A stretch of DNA of 32,000 bases from Amoeboradix gromovi X-113 (Eukaryota > Fungi > Sanchytriomycota), in contig JADGIF010000001.1 of assembly GCA_018985225.1 (NCBI GenBank), positions 60,001-92,000 of the forward strand, in the 5' to 3' direction. Positions 10,304-19,226 of this stretch are shown piece after piece. Each line of letters starts with the position of its first letter. Within the stretch, counting starts at the first letter, position 1. A program made the position numbers and the translations under genes. The notes under the pieces were generated by a model. The model was not told where the DNA came from. It saw only the letters and a list, made by a program, of their open reading frames with translations, and did no database searches.

Positions 10304-10321
10304 CGGAACTCAAGAAATAAT
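10218..10321 (+). ncRNA. Putative omegaRNA (88-nt scaffold plus flank-derived guide), copy 1
   Basis: Manual folding gives an outer stem ttaaatg (10222-28)/catttaa (10291-97), hairpin tctacact/agtgtggg, and hairpin tctcgaa-GTAA-tttgaga (GNRA loop). A pseudoknot cttac (10232-36)/gtagg (10299-303) lies next to the element end. Expression is not shown. Confidence 0.55.
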
Positions 10322-10330
10322 AAAACAACT

Positions 10331-10978
10331 TTATTTAATATTTTTAGCTATGTCATAAACACCATTCAGTGCTGTAATAGTGCCAAACAATCCAATCGAA
10401 GACTCCGAGAACGAAGTGTATCCCAAAGAATTCAATGGAATCATTAAATCTATAAAATCCATGAACAATGACTTTTTGGAAATCAATTTCTCACGAATGA
10501 GCTGCTGCCTTTGAGGGTAATTGAAGGTCAAGTGCAACTGCTTAATTAAACTCAAAACAATACCAAAGGCCCAAAAACGCATGTGAAATTCTTTAATACT
10601 TTTTAATCGATCTTTTGAGGGGGAATAAAGCCTTAAACCATTGAACAATAAGGCATGATCGCAATAGAAGAAAAATTGCATGGAAATATTGCGAGCCACA
10701 GATAAAAAGCGAACGACGGGATCTTTATCTCCTGTACCTTTAAAATTTTGAGTTTCTTCCACCAAAGGTACAAAAAAATCTAAGCGGAATAGCCGTAGCC
10801 ATTTCCTGGTAAGTGAGCCGCTGATCATTATAGATCGGAATTTTTCTTGCAACTCACCAGTTGTGTGCTGAACTAAAAAGCGACAAAGGTATTGAACTGA
10901 TCGATAAACCTTGTCTCTTCCAGCAGTGGTAGCAAAATAGATTTGAAATGTCTTCAAAGCTCTTAAACCTTTAAGCAT
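10331..10978 (-). CDS. PEX11: Peroxisomal biogenesis factor 11
   Basis: TTAGRDKVYRSVQYLCRF, SLTRKWLRL and DLMIPL...GLFGTITAL. Confidence 0.9.
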   Translation of the reverse strand: MLKGLRALKTFQIYFATTAGRDKVYRSVQYLCRFLVQHTTGELQEKFRSIMISGSLTRKWLRLFRLDFFVPLVEETQNFKGTGDKDPVVRFLSVARNISMQFFFYCDHALLFNGLRLYSPSKDRLKSIKEFHMRFWAFGIVLSLIKQLHLTFNYPQRQQLIREKLISKKSLFMDFIDLMIPLNSLGYTSFSESSIGLFGTITALNGVYDIAKNIK

Positions 10979-10991
10979 TGTTTTGAAAATT

Positions 10992-11267
10992 CTAATTTAT
11001 TAATTTTAAGGAAGACTCTACCGATTTAAGAGTAGTTAGCTGCCTCCTGAGAAATATCTGAATGAGTTGAATAGCACTGGATCTTGAAGCAGTATTAACT
11101 AGCGCAAAATTGACTGGGTCTTGCTTAATTGCCAAATTCATTAAACTTCTAGAAAGTACTTTCTTGTAAAGATTGCTTGATTTGAAATCTATGATGCTTT
11201 TCGAATAGCACTTTTGCATCACTATATTGGATCGAGTCTGCTCTTTATAATGGCGAATGCTGATCAT
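10992..11267 (-). CDS. Possible small hypothetical protein
   Basis: 91-aa ORF filling the gap between PEX11 and PEX10. No motif recognised. Confidence 0.3.
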   Translation of the reverse strand: MISIRHYKEQTRSNIVMQKCYSKSIIDFKSSNLYKKVLSRSLMNLAIKQDPVNFALVNTASRSSAIQLIQIFLRRQLTTLKSVESSLKLIN

Positions 11268-11307
11268 TATTTCACCCCAGCCTCACGTGCTACTTTGCAA
11301 TTGCTCT

Positions 11308-11961
11308 ATGCATCCACTCATCCAATTTGCCAAAACAATCGATTTCAAAGTCATTCAATATGCGCAATCTCTCTTTTTAAAGATAACTGGTAACCGGTAT
11401 CAACATTTCCTAGCCTATTTTCCTATTTTGTATTATGTGCTATGCTACTATGGAAAAAGACAGCAAACATTTGGCGAGTCACTATCTATGATAAAATTGA
11501 ACAACTCTAAGATACGGCTTCTGTCGGCTATATTGCTGCAATTTATCTTTGCACCAAAGTTTCCGGAGTACAAGCATGTTTTTGAGAAACTTAATGACAT
11601 TTTGTATTACTTGTTTTCAGTACCTGGTTGGCTAGCAATATTTAATCTAAAATACAACCTGACTAGGCCTCCTTTGCCATTTGACAAATCTAAGGTTTTC
11701 CAGTACATCGGAATTTGTTCAATCGTTTATTACGGGATCCAGGAGACTAAAAGATTAGCCGCAATGACTATATCTGAGGGAAATGAGTCTAATTTTACTT
11801 GTTCTTTATGTCTCGATCCAGTATCTAGTATTACCAGCTTTCCTTGCGGGCATACTAGCTGCTGGAGCTGTGCTGTTGGTTGGGTCCAAAAGCAACCGAA
11901 GTGCTACATCTGCAGAGAGAAGTGCGAGTTACAAGATCTTATAATGCTAAACGGAAGTTAA
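11308..11961 (+). CDS. PEX10: Peroxisomal RING E3 ligase, Pex10-like
   Basis: QTFGE (cf. QTLGEEY) and a C-terminal C3HC4 RING, CSLC...PCGHTSCWSC...W...CYICR. The start codon is uncertain (11257 or 11308). Confidence 0.75.
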   Translation: MHPLIQFAKTIDFKVIQYAQSLFLKITGNRYQHFLAYFPILYYVLCYYGKRQQTFGESLSMIKLNNSKIRLLSAILLQFIFAPKFPEYKHVFEKLNDILYYLFSVPGWLAIFNLKYNLTRPPLPFDKSKVFQYIGICSIVYYGIQETKRLAAMTISEGNESNFTCSLCLDPVSSITSFPCGHTSCWSCAVGWVQKQPKCYICREKCELQDLIMLNGS

Positions 11962-11970
11962 GTAATGGGT

Positions 11971-14900
11971 TTATTGCACAGCCTCGGCAAAAGTCTCCGA
12001 AACAACTTGAGGTCCATTCTTCAGAGAGGAGTTTTTTTGCACTTTAGTGTGAGTCTGTTTTTGATTGAACTCTATGATCAAATTTTGCAAAAACCTAAAT
12101 AAATTAAATGTACACATATCCGGATAAAGTTTGCTGCTTCTTGTTAATTCTACCTTTGATGAGTATAGTTAATACGAATAATAGAGCAACAGTCAAGCAG
12201 AGCCCCAAGACCAAAATCGTAGATCTCCTTTTTGTCAATAGATCTTCGAGCACAAGAAGACTCATCATATCTTCTAACCTTTTCCAGGATGACTTTGCGA
12301 TGGCAGTGTTCATCCTGTCTGACAAATCATTGCAGTCTATCGTAAAGCATTCCAAAACCGATCTTACGAACTCGTTCACTTCAAAATCCAACGATTGATC
12401 ACAAATATCACTCTCACAATTCTTGTCCAGAATCAAGCCCTTATAGTATTGAGAATGGCTCAATTCCACGAAAAACGGGTCTCTTATTTGTGATGCTAGT
12501 TCGGCCATGTTTTCGGCCATGAAAAGCAAGCTGAAGTTTGCGGCGTTGTAGAATGACTCTTGATGAATTGAAACTAGAGAACTCTCATTAACTTTAAGAT
12601 ATCCTAGAGATTGAATATGATAGAACGAAAACAAAATGTTTGACGCTGCAGAAGCTAATTTTGTTTGAAAATAAGCACAATCTATAGCCTCCTGTCTAAC
12701 AGTGAAAATCAAATACAGAAACACTGCTGTTATACCAACAATTGAAAAGGCCAAAAATAATGACATCAAAAAATTGTTTAAACTACTTTTAACTTTGATA
12801 TTATATGAATCAACGGCGCTAGCTAAATTGGCATAATGATCTTCAACAGATGAAAAGCTTTGGGTTTTAATCTCCAGCGTTAATTCTGAAATTTCTCGAG
12901 TTTTTGTCCGAATATGTACTAACATTTTTTCTTTTTCTCTATCAACGTAATACAAGTAAGTGTAAACGACAGTCGCAATAAGAATGATTGAAGCTGAAAT
13001 AATAGGTAAAAATGAATACTCAAAGTAGTTCAAATTGTTTTCAGCAAATCGAGATTTCAAGTTGTTATTGAAATCGTTCAATCTCCCGTTTTGTAAAATG
13101 CTTGTATTCATAGTAACAAAGCTTATGAATGCTCTTTTTAGATCACTAGGCAGCAAGAGGTTTGTGTACAAAATCATGTGATCGAGATTCGCATCAAGAT
13201 AACTAGCATCAATTAATGTGTACTGAGTTGCATTTATTAAGCTTGGAGATTTTATAGTGGATGCATCTAAAAACTGCATTGTAGCATAGCTATCTAGTCT
13301 CCCCATGTAAATTAAGTTTGTTGTGCACTCTTCTAGCTCTAAAAGAGTCCATGAAAAGCTTTCTCGGCTTTGAAAATAAGATTCGTCTGCTCTTTGTCTC
13401 TTAAATGGTAAAGTGGACGCAACTTGTGAAAAACTTAACTGAAGCGCTACATAATCCATTAGTAGGTAGCCGTTCAGTAACACACATGTAACTAAAGAGG
13501 CAAACAAGATAAAAATTGATATCTTTAATGCATAATGAAACTGTTTTTGCCATTGTAATTGTTGAAAGCGATTTTTTTTCATGTTTTCGTTAATAAGTAA
13601 GAATTTCCCTACATAATCGAATTGAACAAACGAATCTGATCTTTCATTTTCTTCTTCCGTGACAGCGGATATATCCAGAATATCCTTCTCTACGCCTCTG
13701 TTTGTATCAAACATTTGCATGGTCTTTACAACAAAATCCCCAGCTTCTAAATCATTTTCAACAGAGTTGAAATACGACGCCAATAGCCTTAGAGTTGCAG
13801 GATCTTGGGGATATTTCTGAAATAATTCTTTAATACTATGAAACGATTTATAAGCATGATCTACAAACAAGTGCGAAAGTATGTGCAACTTGGCGTCTTT
13901 TTCAGAGTTCGCCGCCTTAAGCAACGCATACAAAGACGTAGATGCTTTTATCAATTGTTTTGCACAAAATTCTTTAAAACTGTCCTTCATTAACACAGTC
14001 AAATCATTTTCTGATGAAAACTCGACCAAATCCTTTAATTTTCTAATTGTAGATACCAATATGAGGGTATATGAAGACAAAATTGTTCTTTTTCCTAAAA
14101 TTATTTGATTTTCAAGTTCGACAGCTCTTGTCTTGTCTTCAATTACTCCAAAGTTCATCCAGCAGTACCTCACAATATTGCATTTTAGCATTGCGCAATT
14201 ATCCAATTTTTTCTCTGCACTATTAAGACAATTGTATACTGTATTAGCTAAAAGACAATGACCTTTATGTCTAGATGAAAGCAAAGCATTGGGAACATCA
14301 TTGCTTTGCTTTGATGAACTTGCAGTTCCACCATTAGAAGTGTCGCCGGAATCGATTTCCTCTACCAAGTTAAAATTAGAAAGAAAATGTACCGATACTA
14401 AAAATTTCAGCAAGCTTTCCATTGGAACTAAAAGTGGCAGCTTTTGGTTATACTCTGTCTGTGTCAAATGGCCTTTTAGTAGGGCTTGTGTGATTCGGAT
14501 GGCATTGATATCAGGTAAGAAAGATCTGATATGTGGTTTCAAACCGCTATAAAGTAGGTAAAACAGCAATGCACCTTGTACAACAGAGAACACGGAGCTT
14601 GAAAGATTTAAGTTTGGAAAAATCAAAAAAACTAACTGGAAAACCATGAAAAACAAATAAGACCAATAAAATGCAAGCTGAACTTGGCAAAGAGATATAG
14701 ACTGAAAAGATGGCATTATGTATCCTCTGTAGCTTAAATGTATTCCAAAGAGTATGCCAACAGAAACAGAGAGAATTGGTGTGTGCAGCAAGAAACATAA
14801 CCCTTGCACAAGTAAAAGCATAATTTCACTAGCTTGAGAATTCCTATCAAATCTTCCAATTCCTTGATGCAGTGGTAATTTATAATAAAGATTTAAATAA

Positions 14901-15355
14901 GACGAAAAGACAGTTAAAATCATTTGGCCGCCAACTACGAGGAAACCCAGAACACTAGTAATCTCACTTTTGGTAGATAAATTTCTCTCAAGAGAGTCTA
15001 CAACACTTAACGTACAGTAAAACATTGGCGGTAACATAACATATCCATTCATAAGTAGAAGCAACCTAATGACCTTTATTGATTGGGCAGTTGGGTATAA
15101 GCCAGTTTCTAGATTATAAACGACCTTTCCTATCAAGTATGTCTGCAGTGATATTAGAAACATGCCAAAATACAAAAAACCATAAGCTTTATCATTATTT
15201 GCAAAATCGACCCATGTTGAACTAATGTGATGTAAAATTGCCAAATAATTGAAGCAAAAGACAGAAAACAACTGTAGAGCTCCAGATAGCTCCATCAACC
15301 TACTTTGATGAAATACCAAAGTGTTAAATCTCATGAATGAATCTGAAAATCCCAT
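11971..15355 (-). CDS. Large multi-pass membrane protein with a TmcB/TmcC-like TPR segment, two exons
   Basis: N-terminal hydrophobic bundle, then KYPQDPATLRLLASYFNSVENDLEAG (TmcB/C-type repeat) and further TM pairs. A 19-nt intron gtacatttaatttatttag (12095-12113) extends the frame to a stop at 11971-11973, 9 bp from the PEX10 stop. Confidence 0.7.
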
Positions 15356-15406
15356 TCGACTTTGGCCTTTGTTGAAACAAAAAAAGATTTATTGAAAGGA
15401 AATATT

Positions 15407-15835
15407 TTATTTCCAGTTGTCCCTGTGAAAAACAGGATCCTGCAGAAACGGAATTAATATCTTTGAACTGGTTTGAACCAAAGGGTGTCCCGCGACAATT
15501 TGCAAAAATCTCTCAAGTCCTTTCATTCTGGTGTCTATTACCTCATCACTAAACCTGTTTCTAAGTACCTTCCCTGGAAGATTTGGAAGATGAACATGAG
15601 GACATTCTCTCTCCAAATAGCTTTTGAAAATTTCGCAATCCTTGTATCTTCGACGAACGATACTTTCTTTGATTTTAAACAGCGGCAAATTAGTTTTCAA
15701 ATGAACCTCATAAGTGGTATATAAGTTGCTTGGATTTTCTGGATTCTCACTCAACGGATTCTTTACTCTAATTTCTAAATAATTTTCTGGCGTTGAATAG
15801 GTAGAGTGATTAGACAGTTTTTGTTCAGATATCAT
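15407..15835 (-). CDS. SNX3: Sorting nexin-3 (PX-only)
   Basis: YSTPENYLEIRV, YTTYEV..KTNLPLF, VRRRYKD and GLERFLQIVAGHPLVQ. The likely start is ATG 15835. Confidence 0.9.
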   Translation of the reverse strand: MISEQKLSNHSTYSTPENYLEIRVKNPLSENPENPSNLYTTYEVHLKTNLPLFKIKESIVRRRYKDCEIFKSYLERECPHVHLPNLPGKVLRNRFSDEVIDTRMKGLERFLQIVAGHPLVQTSSKILIPFLQDPVFHRDNWK

Positions 15836-15972
15836 TCCCTCTCTAGTAAAGGAAATCCTTATTGTAGGAGTCGTTAATAAGCGATCCCATAAAGCACTCA
15901 TATAGTAATATTGTTTGAGGGGTGAATAAGTGGAATAATTTATTTGTGCAAATACGGCTCGTAAACAAGGCT

Positions 15973-16737
15973 TCATTGGGCTGCTGAAGAATGAATATGG
16001 TTTGCTAAATTCTGAATTTCTTTGGAAAAGATGGAGTTACTTAAATCAGACAGGATAGGAGAGCCTTTATCCATGTTTTCTGATATTCTAGGATCAAAAG
16101 GTAGACTAGCTAAAAATTCAGATCGCTTCCAGAACTCTGTGTTTGCATCAGGAAAAAGTGAATGTAATTTGCTGCAAGATGGACACTGAAAGGTGGACAT
16201 GTTTTTTACCATTCCCAACAACGGGATTTTCACTTTTTCAAGCATCTGAACGGCTTTCTGGGCATCGATTATACTAATAGACTGCGGCGTACTTACTACA
16301 ACGCAACCGTGTAGATTTAATTGTTGTACAACGGTAAGCTGTGCATCTCCGGTTCCAGGTGGAAAATCAATTAATAAGTAATCCAAATCACTCCATTTGG
16401 TATGCCAAATCAAATCTTGAACAGCTTTCATCACCATTAAGCCTCGCCAAACAACTGCTTTTTTAGAGAAAAGTCCCATAGACATAAATTGAATTCCATG
16501 ATTTTTTAGTGGAATCATCCGACCCGTATCATCTATTTCTGGCTCCCTAGATAAATTCATTATTTTAGGGATTGAGGGGCCGTAAACATCTGCATCCAAT
16601 ATACCTACTCTACCTGGAAGTGTATGAGCTAAACAAGCAGTTACACAGCTTTTACCCACGCCTCCCTTCCCGGATAGAACTCCAATTACTCGCTTCACAG
16701 TTGGAATATTCTTTGGAACCATTAATCCTAGTGCCAT
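15973..16737 (-). CDS. IND1: Mrp/NBP35-family Fe-S carrier ATPase, Ind1/NUBPL-like
   Basis: SGKGGVGKS, DADVYGPSIPKIM, VVWRGLMVMKA, DFPPGTGD and NMSTFQCPSC. The first in-frame ATG is at 16737. Confidence 0.85.
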   Translation of the reverse strand: MALGLMVPKNIPTVKRVIGVLSGKGGVGKSCVTACLAHTLPGRVGILDADVYGPSIPKIMNLSREPEIDDTGRMIPLKNHGIQFMSMGLFSKKAVVWRGLMVMKAVQDLIWHTKWSDLDYLLIDFPPGTGDAQLTVVQQLNLHGCVVVSTPQSISIIDAQKAVQMLEKVKIPLLGMVKNMSTFQCPSCSKLHSLFPDANTEFWKRSEFLASLPFDPRISENMDKGSPILSDLSNSIFSKEIQNLANHIHSSAAQ

Positions 16738-16761
16738 CCAAACAATGCTCCTTGAAGCCAA

Positions 16762-17313
16762 ATGCTTTGTAACGATGATGAAAAAATTTTAGATTTAATT
16801 TTCTCAGGTCCTATGGACGGCTATGTGTTTGATTCAAATGCTACTACAGTTGATAGCTGTCCCGAAACTTCCAAAATAGTTACAAATGAAATTTCACAGC
16901 AGTTAAAAGAAAAGGAAATCATTGCAGTTCATTTGGCAGAAGATGGAAAAATAGATGAAAGCATTTTGCTTTTTAATGAAATTATTAAATCAAACAGAAG
17001 TTATTATTCGGTATATAACAATAGAGCTCAGGCATTCAGGATAAAAAAAGAGGACAAGAGTGCATTAAATGATTTAAATTTTGTTATCAAAAACTGCAGG
17101 GACTCTGAAGTTTTAAAGCAATCGTATATCCAAAGAGCAATTATTTTGAAAGCCTCAGATCCAGACCAAAGCTACACTGATTTTTGTAAGTCAAACGCAT
17201 TGGGTCAGAAAATCGCGGAAAAAGCAGTTGTTGAAAACAATCCTTACAGAAAGTTGTGCAATTCGATGGTGTCGAAAGTTTTACAGCAAGAAATATCTGG
17301 CAATAAATTTTAG
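16762..17313 (+). CDS. TTC36: Tetratricopeptide repeat protein 36-like
   Basis: SVYNNRAQAFR, QSYIQRA and NPYRKLCNSMV (cf. NPYAALCNxML). Confidence 0.8.
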   Translation: MLCNDDEKILDLIFSGPMDGYVFDSNATTVDSCPETSKIVTNEISQQLKEKEIIAVHLAEDGKIDESILLFNEIIKSNRSYYSVYNNRAQAFRIKKEDKSALNDLNFVIKNCRDSEVLKQSYIQRAIILKASDPDQSYTDFCKSNALGQKIAEKAVVENNPYRKLCNSMVSKVLQQEISGNKF

Positions 17314-17345
17314 TAATATTTAACTTTTTTTGTTAGCAAGAGGGT

Positions 17346-18290
17346 ATGACAGGTGGAAGAAAAGAAAATAACTTCAGAAAAAGTAGAAAGGAAAGGCAAG
17401 TTGTTAAAAAGAAAAAGACAGAGACTATCTATGAAAAGCCCAGCTATAATAATAACATACTTAAACAACCGCTTCCTCGACTTTGTAAACTTAGCATAGC
17501 TTTACCTGGAAGCATTATTGACAATTGCCAAGGGCTTCAAATGAAGACAATTATGGCGGGTCAAATTGCAAGAGCGTGTGCAGTTTTCAGAGTCAGTAAC
17601 ATTTACGTTTTTAATGATACAGATACAGTATGGGGCGCTAGGTTTATGGTCAAGGTTTTGAATTATTTAGAAACCCCGCAGTATTTAAGAAAGAGGCTAT
17701 TTCCTAAGAGTGACGACATGCGATTTTTAGGTATACTGCCTCCACTAGATGTCCCTCACCATTTCCGAAAATCTGATAGGTACGAGTATCGAGAAGGCGT
17801 GGTTGTTGAGCAGCTAAAGGAAGCGTGCCTAGTAGACATTGGCGGTGAGAAACCAATTATTTCGACTGTTGTGAGGGAAACAAATACGCGAGTTACTGTT
17901 AAAGTCGATTATGACTCAGATCTAGGAGTCGAGGGTGTAATTGTTGAAAAAGAAGAGGCTGCGAAAAAATCTTACTGGGGATACGACGTTCACACTACAA
18001 AGACCATATCTGAAGTATTGGAAAGTGAAAAATTTGATTTCGTACTAGGAACATCTGAGCGGGGATTGTCTCATGAGGAACTGGTTGTCAAAGACGACGT
18101 GAAAAATGCACTGATTCTGTTTGGTGGCGTTGATGGGTTAGAAAAAGCGAGTGACCATGAGGGAGAGACTAAACCCCTTAGCGAGAGATTTGACTTCTAC
18201 ATTAACATAAATCCTCATCAGGGATCCAGAACTATTAGAACAGAAGAAGCAGTTTTGGCGACATTAAGTTTGCTGAATTCCATGTTTTAA
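17346..18290 (+). CDS. SPOUT1: SPOUT methyltransferase (C9orf114/CENP-32 family)
   Basis: LSIALPGSIIDN, GQIARACAVFRV, YLETPQYLRKRLFP, GTSERG and QGSRTIRTEEA. Confidence 0.92.
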   Translation: MTGGRKENNFRKSRKERQVVKKKKTETIYEKPSYNNNILKQPLPRLCKLSIALPGSIIDNCQGLQMKTIMAGQIARACAVFRVSNIYVFNDTDTVWGARFMVKVLNYLETPQYLRKRLFPKSDDMRFLGILPPLDVPHHFRKSDRYEYREGVVVEQLKEACLVDIGGEKPIISTVVRETNTRVTVKVDYDSDLGVEGVIVEKEEAAKKSYWGYDVHTTKTISEVLESEKFDFVLGTSERGLSHEELVVKDDVKNALILFGGVDGLEKASDHEGETKPLSERFDFYININPHQGSRTIRTEEAVLATLSLLNSMF

Positions 18291-18308
18291 GCTTTTATTA
18301 AATTATCA

Positions 18309-18989
18309 TTACTCATAAAGGTACGACTTCATAGTCTTTCTCATTCTTTGAAACGCAGCTTGCGGACTATCAAATGCAGGTCTTACGTCGCAATAGAAGG
18401 TTGGGTTATCATTTTCTTCTTCTCCCTCATAGTAATCAATAACGTATCGGACATGCCTACCACACCTGTCAATGATCCAATCATGTCTGTCAAAAGCATG
18501 CTGATTGTGCACCATTGCTACCCACTTAGATTTCCAAGTTGGACTACTTGCTTTGCCTTGAAATCTCAACAGCTTGGGATTTGGACATACGCCTTTGTAC
18601 TCACTCTCCCACTTCAGGATTTCCTTCCAGACTTCTTCGTTCAGAAAATTATGTATGTCTACCATAGATTCAATGCTTTCTTCTGGTGCAGCCATGTCTT
18701 TTTTCTTTAATGCGTGATAAAATTGCTGGGGACTGGGATAAGACCAGTTTTCTTCATTGCTGTTACTTCCGGGTCCATCAGCGTGCTCCGACTTAGGTAT
18801 TGTAGATATTTCTCTCTTCTTCGACAGTTCAACAGTTTGGTCTGGATCCTTTTCTTGTGAATATTCAGGCATCAAGTTATTTGGATTTATTTCTTCCTTT
18901 TTGTTATGGTGTGGGCATCCGCTCTTTGATGCTCTTTGAAATGACTCGTTTTTCATATCTAGGGGTAAATCAATTCGCAAGCTCCTCAT
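18309..18989 (-). CDS. HCCS: Cytochrome c/c1 heme lyase (holocytochrome-c synthase)
   Basis: CPH heme motif, REISTIP, WSYPSPQQFYHAL, IHNFLNE, FDRHDW, RYVIDYY and DVRPA. The exact start is uncertain. Confidence 0.93.
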   Translation of the reverse strand: MRSLRIDLPLDMKNESFQRASKSGCPHHNKKEEINPNNLMPEYSQEKDPDQTVELSKKREISTIPKSEHADGPGSNSNEENWSYPSPQQFYHALKKKDMAAPEESIESMVDIHNFLNEEVWKEILKWESEYKGVCPNPKLLRFQGKASSPTWKSKWVAMVHNQHAFDRHDWIIDRCGRHVRYVIDYYEGEEENDNPTFYCDVRPAFDSPQAAFQRMRKTMKSYLYE

Positions 18990-19226
18990 TAAAATCCTAG
19001 TTTTCTAGAAATGGAGAATTTCTATCAAGACACTAGCAGTGATTGTTGCTCCGTTATAGTGACTACTCATCCATACTGAGAAGCAAACAGCGGTGCTAAC
19101 GTACTTAAAAGCTTCATTTTTGTGACCGCTAAAGGTAGTTCAGATGTTCTGATTTTTGCAATCTGGGTAAAATAGAATCGTCAAATGCACCATGGGCATA
19201 GATTAAATAAGAATTAAAAATTTTAC

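Noticed and set aside
10020-10305. CRISPR-like or invertible-cassette reading of two constant arms around a variable core
   Set aside because: There are only two dispersed copies, each with its own TSD, and one core is nuclease coding sequence. Independent internal deletions explain the pattern more simply.
10331-11961. PEX11 and PEX10 as a functional gene cluster
   Set aside because: Two neighbouring peroxins among unrelated genes can be chance, and no synteny evidence is available.
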